DNA of 64,000 nt from Actinomycetes bacterium (GTDB lineage: Bacteria > Actinomycetota > Actinomycetes > JBBQFP01), in assembly GCA_038322045.1 (NCBI GenBank), contig JBBQFP010000005.1, positions 27,619 through 91,618 of the forward strand. Reading direction: 5' to 3'. Made by a program: the position numbers and the translations under genes. Of the stretch, positions 60,756 to 64,000 are shown piece after piece. A model generated the notes under the pieces. The model searched no databases and was not told where the DNA came from. It worked only from the letters and a program-made list of their open reading frames with translations. Every line of letters begins with the position of its first letter. The stretch's first letter is position 1.

Positions 60756-61610
60756 TCAGGGGAGCCTACCCACAGTGCCCGGCGCGCCACCGAGGGCGGT
60801 GTCGGCGAGGGAGGTCCCGGCGACGACGAGCAGGGCGACGTCCATCGCGGCGACGACGAGGACGAGCCGGAACGCCTGCCTCGCGCGCTGCGGGCGCTCG
60901 CGCGCCGCGAGAACCCCGGCGGCGGCCGCGACCGCCATGGCAGGCGGGGCGGCCCGGATCAGCCTGTTCTTCCCGTCGAGCCCTCGGGTGAGCGACCCGG
61001 TGGCCACGAGCAGCAGCCCCGCTGTCGCCTCGAGCCCGTGGCGGTAGCCCAGCCGGTGCGGCATGCCGGACACACCGGAGGAAGCGTCGGCGTCGAGGTC
61101 GGGCAGGACGTTGGCGACGTGGGCGGCGACACCGAGGGTCGAGCCGGCGAGGACGAGCCACCCCGGCACCCGCCGGTGCGGTGGCACCGCCAGCACGGCA
61201 GCCGCCGGGAACGCTCCGAACCCGGTCGCGTAGGGCAGCCACGACCAGGTGCTCGACTTGAGCCCCGCGTTGTAGGCCCATCCCGACGCCACGGCCGCGA
61301 GGTGCGCCGCACCCGCCCGGCGCCCGAGCGCCAGGCTCAGCGGCACGGTGAGGGCTGCTGCCGTCGCTGCGCCGCCGGCCACCGTCCGGCGGCGGAGCAC
61401 CCCGGTCGCGACCGGCTTGTCGCTGCGGCCGACGGCCCGGTCCCTGGCCGCATCGAGGGCGTCGTTGGACCAGCCGATCGACAGCTGCCCGGCGAGGACG
61501 GCGAGGGCGACCCGCGCGGCCCGCCGCGGCCCCGCCCCTGCGGCCACGGCGAGGCCGGTGAGCGTGGCCGTCACGGCCGCCGTGGGCAGCGGGTGGCACG
61601 CGGCGATCAT
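60756..61610 (-). CDS. UbiA family prenyltransferase
   Basis: ATG 61610 (MIAACHP). SIGWSNDALDAARD (the NDxxDxxxD-type motif), and 8-9 hydrophobic helices. Confidence 0.75.
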   Translation of the reverse strand: MIAACHPLPTAAVTATLTGLAVAAGAGPRRAARVALAVLAGQLSIGWSNDALDAARDRAVGRSDKPVATGVLRRRTVAGGAATAAALTVPLSLALGRRAGAAHLAAVASGWAYNAGLKSSTWSWLPYATGFGAFPAAAVLAVPPHRRVPGWLVLAGSTLGVAAHVANVLPDLDADASSGVSGMPHRLGYRHGLEATAGLLLVATGSLTRGLDGKNRLIRAAPPAMAVAAAAGVLAARERPQRARQAFRLVLVVAAMDVALLVVAGTSLADTALGGAPGTVGRLP

Positions 61611-61884
61611 CGTGGCGGTGCTCTGCTTGCCCTGCGCCAACCGGCGACGGGCGGCCCCTCCACGGCGACGACTTGCGACGGCGGGCACGCCCGGAGTATT
61701 GCGGAGGCACGCACGAGCGCACAACGACAGCCACGCTGCGTGACCGGTTCGGGGTCGCCACCACGCCTCACTAGGGTTTGTCAACCCTCTCTCAAGCCTC
61801 TGACCTGCGCGAATGGCTGGATCGGAGGTTTTGCGAATGGCGGCAGCGTGTTACCCTGGAGGTCACGGAAGGGGTACCTGACAC

Positions 61885-62367
61885 ATGACGTTCAAGGTCG
61901 GCGAGACGGTGGTCTACCCCCATCACGGGGCCGCGTTGATCGAGGCTATCGAGACCCGAACGATCGCCGGGGTCGAGAAGCTCTACCTGGTCCTCAAGGT
62001 CGCCCAGGGCGACCTGACGGTGCGAGTCCCTGCAGAGAACGCCGAGTTCGTCGGCGTGCGTGACGTCGTCGGCCAAGAGGGCCTCGACCGGGTCTTCCAG
62101 GTGCTGCGTCTGCCGCACACCGAGGAGCCCACCAACTGGTCGCGTCGCTACAAGGCCAACCTCGAGAAGCTGGCCTCGGGCGACGTCATCAAGGTCGCCG
62201 AGGTCGTGCGCGACCTGTGGCGTCGGGACAAGGACCGCGGGCTCTCCGCCGGGGAGAAGCGCATGCTCTCCAAGGCCCGTCAGATCCTCGTCTCCGAGCT
62301 CGCCCTCGCCGAGCACACCAACGAGGACAAGGCCGAGACGATCCTCGACGCGGTCCTCGCCTCGTAG
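61885..62367 (+). CDS. carD: CarD family RNA-polymerase-binding transcriptional regulator
   Basis: [20 protein letters not shown]...[12 protein letters not shown]...LSAGEKRML. Confidence 0.95.
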   Translation: MTFKVGETVVYPHHGAALIEAIETRTIAGVEKLYLVLKVAQGDLTVRVPAENAEFVGVRDVVGQEGLDRVFQVLRLPHTEEPTNWSRRYKANLEKLASGDVIKVAEVVRDLWRRDKDRGLSAGEKRMLSKARQILVSELALAEHTNEDKAETILDAVLAS

Positions 62368-62388
62368 GCGAGAGCTCACGGCACGACC

Positions 62389-62422
62389 GACGGCGCGGCT
62401 CCTGTTCAGGAGCCGCGCCGTC
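62389..62422 (+). terminator. Strong hairpin after carD (15-bp perfect stem, 4-nt loop)
   Basis: GACGGCGCGGCTCCT-GTTC-AGGAGCCGCGCCGTC. It lies 22 nt after the carD stop and 18 nt before the next ATG. Confidence 0.6.
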
Positions 62423-62439
62423 GTGACGATGACGATGAC

Positions 62440-63612
62440 ATGACGTCTGCCGTGACCGACCTCCCCGCACCGGCGAGCCCCCCGCGGACTCATCGGCTGC
62501 GCCGTGTGCCCAGCGTCGTCGTCGAGCTGCTCCGGTTCTGCGTCGTCGTCTTCGCCGCTGCAGCGGGGTATGAGACCGCACGCGCGCTGGCACCGGATGC
62601 CGGCGCCGTCCTCGGGCCCTTCGACGCCGTCACCGTCGGGCTCATCGTCGGCTCCGGCCTCGGGTACGCCGTCGGCGGGGTGCTCGGTCGGCTCACGCTC
62701 TCCGCCGTCCGGCGCACCGAGCGCACCCTGCACGAGCGTCCGGCCGAGGAGCTCGTCACCGGCGTCGTCGGGGCCGTCGTCGGGTCGCTGGCCGGGGCGG
62801 CGGCGTCCTGGCCGGTCTTCCTCCTGGCACCGAATCGGCTGGCGCTGCCGGTCCTGTGCTTCCTCGGCATCGCCGTCGGGCTCCTCGGCTACCGGATCGG
62901 AGCCAGCCGCTGCGAGCAGATGCTCCGGCTCGTTGGTGGCCCGGCCGGAGTCGCTCCGCGCCGGAGCACCGCGAGCGCCCTGCCCAAGATCGTCGACACG
63001 TCGGTGGCCATCGACGGCCGCCTCGTCGACGTCGTCCGGGCCGGGTTCCTCCACGGCCGGATGATCGTCACGGCGCCGGTGCTCAGCGAGCTCCAGGGGC
63101 TCGCCGACGCAGGTGACGAGCTGCGTCGGGCCAAGGGCCGCCGCGGCCTCGAGCTGCTCGAGTCCCTGCGTGGGGAGCGGGGGGTCACCCTCGAGGTCAT
63201 CGGTGACGAGGCCCCCGAGGTCGCCGACGTCGACGCCAAGCTCGTCCGGATGTGCCTGGACCGCGACTGGGCGCTGCTCACCCTCGACTCCAACCTCGCC
63301 CGGGTCGCGGCCGTCGCCGGGGTGCGGGTGCTCAACCTCCACGCGCTGGCCCAGGCGCTGCGCCCGCCCGTCGTCGCCGGCGACGAGGTCGACGTCCTGC
63401 TGCTCAAGGGCGGCAAGGAGCAGGGCCAGGCGGTGGGGTACCTCGACGACGGGACGATGGTCGTCGTCGAACGGGCCCGTGGCTTCGTCGGCCGGGAGCT
63501 GCCCGTCCTCGTCACCAGCGTCCTCACGACGGCGAACGGGCGGATGGTCTTCGCCCGTCCGGTGGTCGGCCCGGAGCCGCACGGCCCAGGCCCACGCCCC
63601 CGGTCTGACTGA
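62440..63612 (+). CDS. Membrane-anchored PIN and TRAM domain protein
   Basis: Four N-terminal helices, a PIN core (KIVDTSVAIDGRL...DAKLV...LLTLDSNL), and a C-terminal TRAM-like beta domain (VDVLLLKGGKEQGQAVGYLDDGTMVVV). Confidence 0.75.
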   Translation: MTSAVTDLPAPASPPRTHRLRRVPSVVVELLRFCVVVFAAAAGYETARALAPDAGAVLGPFDAVTVGLIVGSGLGYAVGGVLGRLTLSAVRRTERTLHERPAEELVTGVVGAVVGSLAGAAASWPVFLLAPNRLALPVLCFLGIAVGLLGYRIGASRCEQMLRLVGGPAGVAPRRSTASALPKIVDTSVAIDGRLVDVVRAGFLHGRMIVTAPVLSELQGLADAGDELRRAKGRRGLELLESLRGERGVTLEVIGDEAPEVADVDAKLVRMCLDRDWALLTLDSNLARVAAVAGVRVLNLHALAQALRPPVVAGDEVDVLLLKGGKEQGQAVGYLDDGTMVVVERARGFVGRELPVLVTSVLTTANGRMVFARPVVGPEPHGPGPRPRSD

Positions 63613-63692
63613 GCGCCCCCGGGGGCGCCGCAGACCCCGCGGTGCGGGAGGATCACCCTCGTGACCCGTCCGTGCGCTCCCCAGGTGCCGCG

Positions 63693-64000
63693 ATGAGCGT
63701 CGCCGCGATCGTCCCGGCCGCCGGGCGCGGCGAGCGCCTCGGACCTGGGGTCCCCAAGGCCCTGCGTCTGCTCGGTGGCGCGCCGCTGCTCGTCCACGCC
63801 GTCCGCGCGCTGGCCGGGTCGGTGCAGGTGGGGCTCGTCGTCGTCGCCGCCCCACCTCACGACGTCGCTGACGTGCGACGCCTGCTCGCCGACCACCAGG
63901 TCGGCGCCTCGGTGGTCGTCGTCGCGGGCGGGGAGAGCCGGACGGAGTCCGTGGCGCTCGCGCTCGCGGCGCTGCCGCCGGAGGTCGACGTCGTCCTCGT
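63693..64000 (+). CDS. ispD: 2-C-methyl-D-erythritol 4-phosphate cytidylyltransferase; 3' end lies outside the window
   Basis: MSVAAIVPAAGRGERLGPGVPKALRLLGGAPLL...AGGESRTES. The frame is open to the window end, and the carD-PIN/TRAM-ispD synteny fits. Confidence 0.85.
   Translation, partial: MSVAAIVPAAGRGERLGPGVPKALRLLGGAPLLVHAVRALAGSVQVGLVVVAAPPHDVADVRRLLADHQVGASVVVVAGGESRTESVALALAALPPEVDVVL

Noticed and set aside
61785-61884. Direct repeats GCGAATGGC (x2) and a TTGTCA hexamer upstream of carD, as promoter or operator elements.
   Set aside because: They are only 9 nt long. The spacing to any -10-like hexamer is unconvincing, and I cannot support a call without 5'-end data.
61792-63896. 687-aa and 335-aa minus-strand ORFs covering carD and the PIN/TRAM gene.
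   Set aside because: They are antisense to the highly recognisable carD and PIN/TRAM coding frames, and they are low complexity.
1-64000. A mobile element, prophage or genomic island.
   Set aside because: I saw no transposase, integrase, recombinase, tRNA attachment site or terminal inverted repeats. The only compositional dip is the short intergenic stretch near 9290-9350.

Overview
This is a high-GC Actinomycetota chromosomal segment, densely coding on both strands, with many 4-nt start/stop overlaps. I found no rRNA, tRNA, CRISPR array, transposase or integrase.

Gene order, 5' to 3':
- 1-9234: a copper island. It holds a beta-helix protein, three tandem two-domain multicopper-oxidase (MCO) paralogs, a small secreted protein and a CopC/CopD fusion.
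- 9385-10574: an AdoMet-decarboxylase-like gene coupled to a GNAT-like gene.
- 10533-12857: a membrane GGDEF/EAL protein.
- 13123-18706: a heterodimeric ABC exporter and an acyl-CoA dehydrogenase.
- 18750-20035: a TerC gene carrying a 165-bp in-frame tandem duplication, behind a probable yybP-ykoY Mn riboswitch.
- 20069-24064: an EAL protein, DedA and a class-III aminotransferase.
- 24105-34023: pstSCAB with PHO boxes, then the overlapping operon mshD-ppk1-CYTH/CHAD-Nudix/SixA.
- 34078-38660: a BlaI / M56 peptidase / polysaccharide deacetylase / beta-propeller operon, divergent from uppP.
- 38788-57252: a DUF2231-like membrane protein, glnR, a hydrolase and a membrane protein, fur-ygfZ-nuclease, dtd, DsrE, nitrobindin, a DUF4388 protein, BKACE-rsiG-asparaginase, XRE-hbhA-like-DUF2516, pabB/pabC, a decayed macro-domain gene, a methyltransferase, an SDR, mshA, ybjN-like and gpmA.
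- 57300-64000: phoU, senX3-regX3, a lipoprotein, a UbiA prenyltransferase, carD, a PIN/TRAM protein and the start of ispD.

From memory, the synteny resembles Mycobacterium Rv0474-0491, Rv0818-0821, Rv2984-2985 and Rv3582-3583.

The most unusual signal is that the three MCO paralogs have lost complementary sets of copper ligands. A complete trinuclear copper site exists only if domain 1 of the first protein packs against domain 2 of the second. That suggests an obligate heteromeric laccase-like enzyme with one active site and a dead, repeat-bearing third subunit.

All functional calls rest on motif recognition by eye. No database search was run.
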